A stretch of 62,917 nucleotides of DNA, the filler included, from Choristocarpus tenellus KU-1152 (taxonomy: Eukaryota; Protista; Phaeophyceae): NCBI GenBank assembly GCA_964200185.2. It is 9 parts of 9 records of this genome, joined end to end, with 100 filler letters (N's around TTAATTAATTAA, not from the genome) between each part and the next. Parts side by side here need not be neighbours in the genome. Positions count along the whole stretch, not along the records: positions 1 to 15,842 come from CAXNAD020000920.1; positions 15,943 to 22,892 come from CAXNAD020006991.1; 7 more parts are not named here. One strand, 5' to 3'. Shown here in pieces: positions 1 to 21,097 of the stretch; within the stretch, counting starts at the first letter, position 1, and the number at the start of each line of letters is the position of its first letter. The notes under the pieces were generated by a model. The model worked only from the letters and a program-made list of their open reading frames with translations, did no database searches and was not told the DNA's origin. The translations under genes were made by a program, and so were the position numbers.

Positions 1-110
1 GGGGGGGGGTCTACACCAGGGTGTCCATTTGGGTTAGAATCAGGAATAGTGCATTTACATCATCCACTCGTATGCATTCTAGTTCCCTGCACTGTGGTCA
101 CCCTATGTGA
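1..110 (+). mobile_element. MITE family A, partial
   Basis: GGGGTCTACACCAGGGTGTCCATTTGGG... matches the full copy at 23007-23186. Confidence 0.75.
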
Positions 111-1809
111 CAATCTTTATATTTATTCTGAAGCAGAACACTCATCCCTCCAGAGGAATACAAAGAGGATTGCATGTGCTCCGACCATTTTCTTGTGATG
201 ATAAATTGATGTTGAGCAACAAACCTATGAAGTACACCTTCCTGACTGAGTATCACGTACGACTACAAACCTTCGCACCAGGATATAGTACCACAGTGCA
301 ATATTGTTGGGTGTGAGTGGAAGGAGGCTCTGCAGCGGTGAGGAACAAAGTTGTGTCACTTTGTAGCCACTAGAGACGGCAGCCTAACAGGAAGTATCAG
401 GAGTTGGAATGAGCATGGGTTGAAGGGGAGGGGCCCCTTCTGTCAATAGAGATCTAATTGGTCCTGTCTACGCCTTCTTTCTTGCATGACGGTTCTAGTC
501 TCACCCAACCTACCGCTTTTTGTCCTTGAAACTTGCGGTAGATACCTCTCTCTCCCTCCACACAATATATTTCGGAAGGGAATAAACTTGCTCTTTTATC
601 AACTGAGCCACAAATAAGCTCAGCGTCGCGTAGCACACACTTTCTGTTGACGATTGTCCACAATGTGAGTTACTAAATCGAAAACATTTTGTAGTACCAC
701 TCAATCCTGCAACTCAAGGGAATACGGGGAGTTTGTACTCCCCTCATGTGAGAGCGTGAAGTTCTAAAGTCAATGACCGTTTTACTGTGTTTATGGTCTT
801 TCTGGGAAAAAGTAAGCAAGGAACATATGTTTAATCTCGATTTCTTTTGTTACAGACATGCCTCATGATTTCACAAAATTGATCATGGAATGCATACACC
901 ACTGGATTTTGCCGGTGGCAACTATATGATGCATTAGGGTCATGGGATGAGGCAATAAGGATAGCAAACCCTGTTGATTCCTACCCTCTCCAATATTATT
1001 CAGACTGTTGTACACTTGAAAAATTCCCTCTCTAAGGGAGCAAAGATTCAACATGTTTCGCTTGAGTTTCTCTCAATATATCAGAAAAAAAACAAGTGAA
1101 AGAAATGCATCAAGTTACATTTGCAGGTGGCTTATCCCACTGTTCATCATTTTGAGTATCTTGTCCACGTTACTGCACAGTAATGTCCGTATTGGACCCC
1201 ACCAGCACAGCAAAGTTGCCCTCACACTGAAGGACACTTACCTTCCTCAAAAAGACCCACGTTCCTTGTTTCTAATCAAGCTGATCGCCTCTCTCATCTC
1301 CTTGACATCCTTTGTGTTCCCTCCACGATATACTACCAACAAAAAGATAAAAGACGAGTCAATAAAAAAGAAGTAAATCTACCACAGATCGATTATTTCC
1401 TTCAATACGAAGGAGCTTACTCCAAATTCATTCATGTTCTTGCCATCCATCCATCAAACCTAACCAAACGCCTATTTCTGAACCACCATCAGTGTCAACC
1501 TATGGATATGCACGCCCAGTCCTGAAGGAATGAGGGCAATAGGGACTTGCAACTGTATTGCTCAAATAAACAAGAACATGAGTTGACAACTTGGTCAACA
1601 CCCTACAACAAAATCCCCATCACAACTTCACTATTGCACCCCCTATGCCTGATGAACCTTAGCATCCCTATTGGTGAATGAGCCGCAATCATCACGTCCT
1701 ATCATAGTGTGTCCTGACAACTGCCAAAGAGACTAGGAACAAACTTGGGCCTCATCAGAGGACACAGTGGTAGATGTTGCGCATTCCTCTTTCATCCTGT
1801 TTGATGTCC

Positions 1810-10087
<8,278 letters not shown>

Positions 10088-10547
10088 AGTTGCTGACGCC
10101 CTGTCAACCAAGTGGTGCCAAGGCAATACAAGTGAACTCGAGGATTGGCACTGACAACAATTGCCCACACGCTGAATATGCAGCAAGGGCTGGTGGGGTA
10201 TTAAAATGGATGGTGAAAAAGTATCTGAGTGAATCTCATTTATCTTTGAGTCATTTATTTAGCCACAAATATCTCAAGTAATCTTTTAAGATATGATTTG
10301 ATGGCATTCCAAAGGTTAATTAAGTGATTGATAACTTTTATGTATGGACCCGAACATTTTTGTTGTGTCAAATAGTGAGTCGAGGATGTTTCGTGGACTT
10401 GTTGTACCCATTGAGTAGAAAGGGGACTCTATTACAGTTGGCCACTCCATTAGAAACAGGAGGTGAGGAGGCAAGGGCCATCCAAGATTGTGAAAGTACG
10501 GCATCTGCCCTTGTCTTGTGGTAGATTTTTACAAGCACAAATCAAAG
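10088..10547. promoter_or_regulatory. Putative bidirectional promoter between ATP synthase beta and delta
   Basis: Only 460 bp separate the two divergent ATGs, and this must contain both 5' UTRs and promoters. No specific motif was identified. Confidence 0.6.
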
Positions 10548-13500
10548 ATGCTCGGAGTCGTCACACGCCAAGCAGCAGGGGCTTGCCGGCCTGCACTACG
10601 CACTGCCCAGCGGTGAGTGCTCAGATGTGCTTTGGGTATTATCCAGGGGTTTGCAATGGCGATCCAATCCAATAATTTAAGTTGCCTGGCCCATAGATAC
10701 TGAAACAAAACCTGCTAAGAGCCGTGTTGGTTGCGTTTTCTACCTTGGGCGTTCGTGCGTGGAGTATGTTTTGTGTCGTCTTGTTGGTTCTTCCGTCCTG
10801 TCCGGGGCGGGAAGACGAATGCCTTTGGATAAACACAATGAAAAATGTTTTGTCGCATTGGGGCGTATGTAGCTTAACTTGGGAAAAAAACCTTGCACAA
10901 ATCGGTGGTGAATAACTTTGAGAAAGGTTCAAGTTTCTGTCACGACGACGATTGTTTTGCTCGTGACGGTGGACGTCTTACAAGACTACGCAAACAAAAA
11001 GTACTTAGTAGCAATATCGTAATCTCAGCCTCAATTCCTTGGCATATCTTTTCTTGCTTCTTGAAACTAACTGCTAACCGTTATTCAAGTATCGATGACA
11101 GCAAGAGTTGATGATTCCGTTCTGTTGACCAGACAACCGTGGCGGTCTTATTAGCCTCTATGATGGGATAATCCAGAGGTTTCGCCCTTCATTGTGCGTG
11201 TGATTTTCTCTTGGTGCTACTCCCGTCTCTAGGACACGTACCTCCGTCCATTATACCACACCTACAATCGCAACTAGAGACGAATCCACCATTGTGCTGA
11301 CTCTTGTAGCTTGAGCAATATTATTGGAGGTGCCACGGAGGTTTGTCAGTAATTCGAAAGTTTCACGTGTGATGAGAAAGTACGTAACCACCGTCGATAT
11401 CAACATCTCATCTTCGTTTCTGTTGATACACGCTCAACACAATATTTTCTGGACATCCCGTTAAGGGCCGTATCCATATTTCTATACTTTATTGATCGTT
11501 CTTTTCGAGCAGACCACAGCTCATAGCTATGGTAACCTGTGATGGACACGAAGACACCACGATTATACTATGTTCCACTCAATATCACACTCATATATGA
11601 CACGTTAGCTTTTCCTCTGAACGGTTTTGAACACACTTTCATTTTTTCGTTTTTTTATGTGACTATGCAATGGCGGGTGAAGGTATCTGTCCACCGAAGC
11701 AGCTGCCACTACGATGACCCTTAACTTTGCCGTGCCCCATGAGTCTATCTACATGGGGAAGACTGTGGATCAGGTAAACTGGGTGGGGGGAGCGGGGGGG
11801 TGTTCAGGCATGTAAGCAGCAGGGAGAGGTTAAGACAAACTGATAAACATTTTGCTGCTTGCAAAGTAATCGAATTATTGTTATTTGTCTAGAAGATGCT
11901 TATCTGCAAATGGTAAGAATATGTTCTAATGGAACATAATGAAATATGGTAAACTTGGAAATGAGTTGAAATTTTCTGGTCTCCTATCAACCTCTGAACA
12001 TTAAACATACGCAAAAACAGGTAATCATCCCTGGCAATGCCGGTGAGTTTGGTGTAACTGCTGGCCACTCCCCTATTGTTGCAGAGCTTAAGCCAGGTGT
12101 CCTTCAGGTCATCCATGAGCCTGTACGTATTATACCCCTAGCCCTTCCCCCACCCCACCCTTCACATACACATACACCTAAGTTACACTGGTGATTGCTT
12201 CCTTCTAGCCTACTTCGCTTGTTCCCCCTTTCACCCCCAATCCTATTTCTTTGTCTGAAATGGGGATTTTGCAGTATGGGGAGGGTGCAAATGTATGTGT
12301 CCTTGGAAGTGCCTTATTTGTTTCACTGGAAGGGAGAGGTTTTTCTGCTACACTTGAGCATTCATTCATTTCAAGATAGCTGTTGAACATATTTTCAAGA
12401 TGTGCACTGTATCAGTAGTGTACTAGTGTGCACTTATCTGAGAAATACACTAGTGGAAAAAAAGTTGCTGGAGGTTGGCACTGCTTCAACAGCAGTGGTA
12501 CAACCATGTTTGCCCATTGCATTCTCTGCCTCTATTTGTGCACCACATTTAGTTGGGTTAGTAGTGTGTGAAAAAAGTTGTGATACCCACACGGGTCAAC
12601 AATATGTTGATTGTGCATACACAATGTGCCCTCCCTCTACTACACCACCAGGTGACATGTTGCTTACCTCTTAGCCCAGTCTCTTCCACCACCATCCCAC
12701 TCTGGTCTTTCCTTTCCTATCATAGTGGTGTAGGGATAAGTAATATCCCACATTGGGCAAACATGAGAGATGAATTTGGTTGCCTGTTTTACCATTTGAC
12801 AACAAAATTCTCCAAAGGATCAAGAATGGCAATACTTCGGTAGTGCAAGAAACTCAAGACATTTGATGCTACCGTTTTCTAAAAAGAGGACAAACATATC
12901 TTGCTGATACAAACGGTTTTTAATAGGTAAGGAGGGTAAATGTGCTCCTTGGATTAACTCGCACCTCCCAACTTTGTCCCCCATTCGTTGGTGCCAGTCA
13001 CAGCTGTAGTTAACAGCCTGTGTTGTTGTGGCACAATTGTTGAACCTGATATTCGATTGTGTTTGCATGGTGTTTTTTTCCACCTCCCCTTTCCCCCTCC
13101 CTCCTGACCTGACCTATGTTATACCTTCTTATGTGTTGTGCGTGTGTGCCCCCTTCAGGGACAGGAGCCAGAGAAGTTTTTTGTGTCTGCTGGGTTCTCC
13201 CTCACTCACGAAAACTCTGTCACTGATGTAACTGCCATTGAGGCAGTCAGGGTGGAAGAGCTCGATGAGGGAGCGGTGAGAGCCTGTGGCTTTTGAATCA
13301 GACAGGGGATTGGGTGAAAAAATGAGGAGGTCGATTGGTACAGCTGAAAATGAGCACCTACAGCGATCGTCATTTCCTATTGGTAATTGTGACCACCTCG
13401 TCGGTATGTACATTTGGGGAGCTGAGAGATCCTTGTTGCCTCAGTTATGCCCACCACGCATCTCATTGATGTTTCACAGGTGAAGGAGGCTTATGAGACC

Positions 13501-13614
13501 GCAAAGAAGGAGATGGATGCTGCTGCAGAGGGCTCTAAGGAGAAGGCAGAAGCGCAGATCGGAGTGGAGACAAGCAGGGCCATGGGTAGTGCCATTGGCA
13601 TTGTCCTTGCTTGA
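10548..13614 (+). CDS. ATP16: Mitochondrial F1-ATP synthase subunit delta (ATP16/ATP5F1D), complete, 5 exons, 169 aa
   Basis: Exons 10548-10612, 11683-11773, 12021-12122, 13159-13275 and 13480-13614 join in frame (510 nt): [114 protein letters not shown]. These are delta/epsilon family motifs preceded by a presequence. The ORF track misses the gene because the exons are short. Confidence 0.93.
11101..11307 (+). ncRNA. Candidate long intronic box C/D RNA (orphan)
   Basis: In delta intron 1, sense strand. Terminal stem GCAAGAG (11101-11107) / CTCTTGT (11301-11307) directly flanks C box TGATGA (11109-11114) and D box CTGA (11297-11300). Internal perfect stem CGTCTCTAG/CTAGAGACG and a possible D' CAGA and C' ATGATGG. 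Confidence 0.6.
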
Positions 13615-15842
13615 GTGATAGGAATGGGAAACTAGGTGTTTATGTGGCCTGGGGGTTACTTTTAGGAGGAAGAGGATTTGATTGGGGTGTAAGGCGTTTG
13701 TTTCTGTGAGATGTTGAGGATGCCAATGCTGCCACGGTTGGTGAGTATGGGGGTGATGTGGGTGGTGTTACAGTCAGGAAGAGTCACTGTTTCTACTGTT
13801 TGTTACCTACGATACACCCAAATTTGAACTGGGAGTAAAGTTTTTGGTGGTTGATGACACAACTGTGTGCTTCCATGGTTGTGTTGCAAAGAGGGGGCGA
13901 GTCTTGCTTGCATCCTGCAGGAGCCACCAAAGGGATGGTTACAATGGACACGACGGTCTTAGTGGGTGTGTAATGGAGAAGGCTTGTGCGCATCCGTTTT
14001 TTATTTTTATGTGGATGAAACTGCAACCGGGTTGGCAGGCAACAGACACCTATAAACCGAGGAAGACTGAACTATGTAGTAACAGATATACTCACAGACA
14101 AGCTCCTGAACTTGAGACAACAGTATTGCTCCATGACAGGCATAGGAGATCATTTTGTGTGTTGTTGATGAATTTGTGACTGGCAAGGGGGTACTGCAAA
14201 GAACGCCGTTGGAAACTTACTGAGCCTTGTCGCATTTGCGAGTTGGAAAGTGTTGAAGTGGGTGCACAGCTAACAGGCTACTGTGGCAGCCCTGTGAAGG
14301 AATGAAAAGGGAATAGTTGGTTGACCTAAATGTGGTGAACAGTACCAGTCTTGATTTTTGGAATCATCATTAGGACTCACTTCAGTTGAGAAACTGTTTT
14401 AGGCTTCTGTGCATTTGGCCTCAGATTTCCTTGTGCAATGTTGCCTCCTCTGTGTAGGGACACTTAGATTTTTTTGAGGTTCACTTTTGCCTTAGATTCA
14501 TGGTGGTGTACCCAACCCTTGAGTGAAAGTTAATTTCATGGTTGAGAACACTCTCGCTGTATCGCATTGTCAGGTGAAATCGCCTGCTGAGATATGAGAA
14601 TTGGTTCAACAAGCAAGATTTAAACAATGGAGTAGAAAGGACAAGGGGGAGTGAGAAGATTCACATTTGGTGTGAAACGTTCTAGATATCGAGGAAGTCA
14701 TTAGCATGTCCGTATGTCCCCATATGGGAAATTGTAAGAAGACGAGGAGTTTCACAGACTACTTCCCAAAAGTGTTAACGTTCATGTTGTGGTCACAACC
14801 TTCAGTTGCTGATTTCCGCTAATGAAAACCATTTAATGGAACGCTGTGTTGCAGTAGACCTAAATCTTAGTTCCTAGGTTGTTTTTTTGCCCCAGAATTC
14901 AAGAAAACCAAACCTGTCTCTTCCTGGTGGTACGACTTTGGTGTCAAGAATTACTCAACGAGGACAAGAATACACTCAACTCTTGTTTAACCCAAGAACA
15001 GTTTTTGCCTCATTCGGTCCGTAACATCTGTTGTGCATTCAATGCTTGAGTGCGTTTGCTCGATTGTAGAATGACAGTTGTCTAGCACAAGGCTGTGCTT
15101 AGCATCCACTATCAGAGCAATGCTCTGTGCCATCTGCTGTATTACATTTTGTTATCCAGCAAATGCGTAAGTATAGTTGGCCCTCTGCTATCCGCGGCCC
15201 AGAACAGATGTCTGTGGCCATTTGCTAAGATAGTTTTCCTAAGATATTACTTTTTGTACGCATTTGTTTCATCTTCTCAAACCTGTGGCAAGAGGCTGAA
15301 AAAGCAGAGGAGAGAGAAATAATGCCAGAGGTATTGTGACCAAACAAAGAAGGAAATATACAAGAAAAAATATACATCCACAACTGACACTCGCATCGTC
15401 TTTTTTCAGCAACCAGCCGAGACCTTTCGCTCTATAATGTTAATTCATCGTCTTGGTTGGATGACACTTTTGGGCGACTTGCTTTGAAATGCTCTTTGTC
15501 CAGTCTACGCTTCGGGTCATTTGGTCTCTGATATCAATTGTTCTTCAAACAGTCGATCTCGTCTGCTCTGTAACATCAATTCTCCGACAAACGCTCTGGA
15601 CCACTTCAGTGCCGTGGAACATCTGTCGTTGTCCAGAAAATACTTTTTCGTGAATCACCCTAAAAAAATAGTGTTACGCAACCTTCGCACTGTCCTGGGT
15701 GTGAATAATTAGGAGTTTGTTCTTGAGCAAGCATTTCATGGACATACTTTTCGCGATATGTTGGCAACTGCCACAGGTTCCATCCATACACATATAACAG
15801 CCGATTTCAAAAATTGAGGATGGAGCTTTTCATTGAGGATGG

Positions 15843-15942
15843 NNNNNNNNNNNNNNNNNNNNNNNNNNNNNNNNNNNNNNNNNNNNTTAATTAATTAANN
15901 NNNNNNNNNNNNNNNNNNNNNNNNNNNNNNNNNNNNNNNNNN
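15843..15942. other. Artificial contig spacer (first of eight)
   Basis: N44-TTAATTAATTAA-N44, which has stops in all six frames. The same spacer occurs at 22893-22992, 27101-27200, 33949-34048, 37884-37983, 44330-44429, 48139-48238 and 57226-57325. Confidence 0.98.
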
Positions 15943-16309
15943 AAGCAATCTCGTCGGGTTTATCACCTTTATCCTCTTTGATGATTTTGGGGATACTTTA
16001 ACATCTTATTCATGTGTAAAAGATTATTCTGTAGGAGAAACATTGAGTTGTGGAACTATTATGATTCAATAGCAGGATAATTGATAGGAAAGATTTTTGT
16101 TGAGTAATCGTGAGAAACTATCTGGGCTATTATAGTACAACACAGAGAATGAGTGACGTGTTAAGTGAGTGACGCATGAAGGTTGTAGCAAGTGACACAG
16201 AGAATGAGTGATGTGTTATTAGAATATGAATGGTAAGGTGACAACCTCCTTTGAGCTTTGAAGTTCACTCTCCTTTCTTACACCTTCCTTACTTCATGTA
16301 CAACCTGTT

Positions 16310-17700
16310 TTGGATAATAAGAAACTAGTCAAGTCATTTACATACACAAGTCTTGGAAAAATCACTTTCTTTAACAATCCTGGTTATCATTATACCCTCC
16401 ATGGTCAACTCATACTGCCACGACTGGTTCGAAAGACTGAAGTTGCTTTGAAGGCCACCATAGCCCCCTCGCTTGCACCTCACGCTCCCCACACCGACAT
16501 TGACATTAACCTCTTCCATCACTCCTATGGCCACGCACACGAGGCATTGCTCAAGTCCACCACCACTTCAATGGGCATTACATTGGTGGATGAACTGGAG
16601 TCATGTGTGGGCTGCTCTATGAGCAAGGGCATACGAAAGGGTGTCCAGTCCAGCACGTCTACAAGAGCGGTGAGAAAGCTGGATCGAGTTTTTGTCGATC
16701 TAAGTGGGAAGAGGGCTCCCCTTTCAATCAGCGGTAAACAATACACCATGATAATCCGGGACGACTATTCTTGTTTTGTTTGGTTGTATTTCCTTCGTGC
16801 TAAGTCGGATGCCGCCGAAGCCTTCAAGAAGTATCCGGGCAATATCCAGGCTGATGGTACTCCCTCTCGGGTAATGTGCGTGTGGTCTGATAGTGGAAGG
16901 GAACTTTATGAGGGTGCTTTCGGTGCTCTTTGCCGTGATCGTGGGATAACACAGGAGTTTACACCAGCAGACAACCCTCAATTTAATGGGGTTGCTGAAC
17001 GTAAACTGGGCATTATTGATGAAGCTTCATTACCTGCCCGCCTTCAAATTCCACTACCTTTCCCCCTTTTTACTATCCCCAAGACACACTCTCTTTGGGC
17101 TGAAGCCCAATACTATGTTTGTGACTCGCTCAATCGCACATTGACCACGGCTAACCCTGGTTGTAAATCACTATATGAAATGTGGTATTGCACCCCTGCA
17201 CCCCTGTTGACCTACCAATATCTTCAACCTGGTTTTTGCTGTCTTGGAGTAAAACCCGTAAGACTTTCCAAAAGGCTCAACGGTGTTTTTACCTGGGACC
17301 GGGGATCAATCACCCCCATTCCCTGACTTGATGCTGACCCTCGTTCTGAGGACGAGCTCTCCCATCCCAAAGCAGGTGACTCACCATTAGATATAAAGTC
17401 TATTTGCTCATCTCGCTCCTCCACTTCATCCCTTTCTCATGACTCTTCCTGTAGCGACGGAAGTGAGAACAGGTTTGTTCTGGGTGAGAGGCTATCCTTT
17501 GGTAACAAAGGAGACAGTTTGACTAATAATCCTCCACCTGGTGAGGGGAGCGTAGGTCAGATTGTCAAGGATCTGGCTGTTAACCCTTCCCCTGGTGATG
17601 GGGAGGGAGGTCAGGTTGACATGAGTCTGTCCAGAGACACTACCCGAGATGGTGAAGGGACTGTAGGTAGGATATGTCTCTGGTGAAAGATATGTCCACA
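16310..17700 (+). mobile_element. Ty1/copia LTR retrotransposon fragment (GAG-pre-integrase and integrase core)
   Basis: ORF 16310-17326 has the HHCC zinc finger (FHHSYGH..CVGC..K), D (VFVDLSG), D (WSDSGRE), E (PQFNGVAER) and LWAEA. It frameshifts at the 3' end and no RT follows. Confidence 0.9.
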
Positions 17701-17702
17701 TC

Positions 17703-20700
17703 TCAATTATTCGTAAGACCCTCCACTGGAATTGGGGATTCCTGATACGGAAACCTCAATCGGTACAACAGTATATGGCATACGGTAATAACGGTATAGC
17801 AACAGACATACGTGCTTTCCACATCACCCCCTTTCTGACTGGCCTTGAAGGCTTGTAAACATGATTCAAGGTCAACCAAAAAGTGTTCTGGGAGCGAAAT
17901 GGTAAACATGTGTAACTGTTAGCATACTATTGAGCCAATTTGGGCTTTAGAGGGTTTGAGGGTGACTCCTCCTTGCTGCAGTAACGACAATACACTCTCA
18001 AGAAGTTGGATATGATGGTTCCATGTTGGGGAGGCTAGTACAATATCGTCAAGATATATCAGTAAGTCCATACTCGGTCCTAGAGTGGAAAATGTTTCTG
18101 ACATGAAGCGTTGATATATCCATGATGTGTTAGCAACGCCAAAGGGTAGCTTTTTGAATTTGTATTTGCCATCTGGTGTAACTAAGGCAGTTTTTTGGCT
18201 TTCGCTGGTGTCGGTGATGGGTAGTTGGCAGTAGGCTGACTGAACATCGAGACATGACAGGTATTTTGCTCCCCTTATTGTACCCAAACAATCTTCCATA
18301 GATGGTAACGGCCAGGAATTACGTACCAAATTTTTGTTCAATGAGAGCCTAAAGTCTACACAGAATTGAGGAGACCTATCAGGTATTGTAACTATGGTTA
18401 CCGGTGACGCCCAAGGACTTGAAGAGGGTTGAATTATTCCCTGAATTTCCATGTCCTCCACACAACTACGGATTGTTCCGTGTATTTTGGGTGTGGTCTG
18501 ATATGGTGGATGATTCACAGGAACTGTAACCTGGTTTAAGTGGAAATTCAGCACTGGTATTATTGCAACAGCCTAGTTCCTCAGAAGTGAGTGAAAATAC
18601 AGGTCGATATTTGGCAACAAGGCCAAGTAGTTCTTGTTTATTATCAGATAACATTGTATCTACCAGGGCTTTTTTACCAAAAACTTATTTTAACTCGTCA
18701 AGGGCTTGTTTAAGCTCCTCTGGAGTGTCCGGAGTAGCCACTATAGTACTGGTCTATGCTTCAGAAAGGGTGTGAATTTGATCCACTGGTGCTACATGAC
18801 CTAAAACAAATTGAGGAGGTATCTTAACACCATGGTTGGAAGGGTTGGCAATTTTGACCAGGCAGGATCCATCCTCTCCTGCAAACAATTAAAGACCGAC
18901 TGACCATGATATCTTTCCATGGAGAGCGGTGATGTTCCTGGTTGATGAAGTCCATGCTCGTCTTGACAATGAGCTCCACTACAGCATCTTTGGCTGATCC
19001 AGGTAAGGCCTGAGAACACAATGAAACAACAGTTTCGGTTCCCGGGAGGAAATATGTTTTATTTCTTACATGTGCAGGTATGGTGAACTCAGATGAAACT
19101 GTAGCCACTGTCATGTTTGTTGAAAGGATTTGAGCAGTATTCTGACTGTTGGTTGATGAATTAAAAATGAGTATAGGAGGAATTTTATGAGCGGCTGGGA
19201 TGCGAACTGTGCTCCCAGAAAATGTTATTTCTTCTCTATCCCAATCCAACTTGGCTCCAAAAGCAGCCATGATGCTGTTGTCCAAAAGTATTTTATCTAG
19301 ACCTAGGGAGGGTAGAACAACTGCTTGAACAGGGAGTGTTTTATTTCCCAAGGTTTATTGGAATCGAATAAAGTCATGTACTTGCAAAGGTCTTCCCGCA
19401 GCTCCTTTTATATGTAAGGCACCATCTGGTATAGAACTGATGTGAGCAGAACAAAAGATTGGGATGAGCTTGCGTGTAACGATAGCTAATGACCGGGATG
19501 TCAGTTGCGGTATCAACTGCGATGTGTGAAACTGAATCGTCATCAATTTTGCCAGGAATCGATACTTGACGAGATGAAACCTGCAAGGTACAAGGATGTT
19601 TAGAGTAATGTTGAATTGTAGATGTATGCCAACAGACTGACTTGGTGCAACACAAAGGAGATGCTACAAAGTCTTCACCCACTGTTCCAATAAACTTGGA
19701 AGAATGCTTCACTGCTGAGGATGTTATTGCATTAACAGAATGGATCTGAGGCAGTGGATTGTAATTTGGCCATTTGAGTGATTAACCATTGTAGGTTTTT
19801 TCACTGCAGGGTTGGAGCCCAAATAATTGCTAGAAACATGTGATTGAGACAGTGTTCAGATGCATCATCAGATGACCGATTTGGTGAACAACTTGGTTGG
19901 TTGTCCACTTCTGGATCGGATCCCAAGAAAAATGGTAAAGATCTGGTATAGGCAGGTGTTGCTATGTCTTGCTTTACTTAGCCTATCTGAGTGGCAATTT
20001 GTCGCAACATTGCTCCCTGCTGATAAGGAACCAATGGAATATTAGAAAAGTGTGACCGAGACATTTATCGCTCAAGTGCGCATCATTAGTTAGCCTATTT
20101 GAGTGATAACCTATCAAACACAGGTTTGTTCACAACCGGGTAGGATACCATGAACCAGGACAGGAAAAAAAAAATGTCCTTTAATCAGACACAGTTGCGC
20201 CTTGTCTCCCTCCTTTATCTGCCTCAAAAAGATTGATATCTTTGATGTCTTTGGCAGAAAGAATTTTCACTGTAAGTGGCGGCTAGAACGACGTGCAGTA
20301 CTTATCTGTACATGAGTAACTTCAACCAGGTTGAACGTGGCTGTCAGGATGGAGACGGCTAGTGCGAAATCATGAAGTCTGCTGCCACCTATCAAATCTC
20401 TGAGTATGTACTGACTGGCATTATTCTCTATCTCCTTCATCAAGACTTCATATTCCTCTCCAATTTCGCCCCGAACTGGAACCCGATACCCCAATGGTGT
20501 ATCAAAATGGAAAGGGACCCTGGTTTGTCTGTCGCCTCCGTTTCTTGCTTCTGTGAGTCTCCCAGGGTATGCCTTCGACTAAATCATTCGTAAGGATTGC
20601 GAATGTGCCAGGTGGGTTTGGTGGAGGTGATGAGATCTTATCTGGAGAAGGTTGAGTATTGCCTTTGCATCCTCAAATTCGTCCTTGTCTTCGGCCGCAT

Positions 20701-21097
20701 TTTTTATTTGAAGTTGCCATGATATGGACTTCTAACTTGGTGAAATCCCCTTTAGACTGTCGTCGTGAGTACTACTGTCGTGAGGCAGGATCCAATCAGT
20801 CAGTCGTGGGGAGTGTTCAGAATCACCAGTTGTGTCATGGTGAGGTGCTTCCAGCAAACCCGAAGCTCTCTCAGCCATCAAATCTTAGGAGAAGTTTGAA
20901 GAGAATCCCAGATCCACCAGATGACGTCACATCTTGGTGATCTTCAACCGGTAAGAGAATTCTCAAGAGTTCTCTATGTTTGATGTTGGTGGGAACGTCA
21001 CCAATGACAAAGAAATGTGCGTGCAAATCACTTGTGTGTGCGCGCGGATGTGTATTTGGACTGAGATCAGCTCCCAAAAAGGGACCTGTCCGTCACA
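17703..21097 (-). mobile_element. Decayed Ty3/gypsy LTR retrotransposon (gag-protease-RT, 3' truncated)
   Basis: RT in ORF 17919-18554 (SPWASPV, FCVDFR.LN, LPFGVAN, YLDD). Aspartic-protease-like AVDTATDIPVIS in ORF 19374-19712. Gag-like remnants at ~20267-20700. Many stops and frameshifts. The 5' limit relies on a tentative LTR. Confidence 0.88.

Noticed and set aside
195-249. GTGATGA...CTGA as a C/D snoRNA
   Set aside because: About 55 nt long, with no terminal stem, recognisable guide or host intron.
11030-11307. U3, U14, U4 or SECIS identity for the delta-intron RNA
   Set aside because: No U3 box A or B, no U14 domain A or B, and no U6-pairing 5' end. The AUGA/GA helix is too short for a SECIS and is not in a 3' UTR.
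15887-15898. TTAATTAATTAA palindrome recurring eight times
   Set aside because: It is always centred in exactly 100-nt N spacers, so it is an artificial six-frame-stop linker. Adjacency across these gaps is meaningless.
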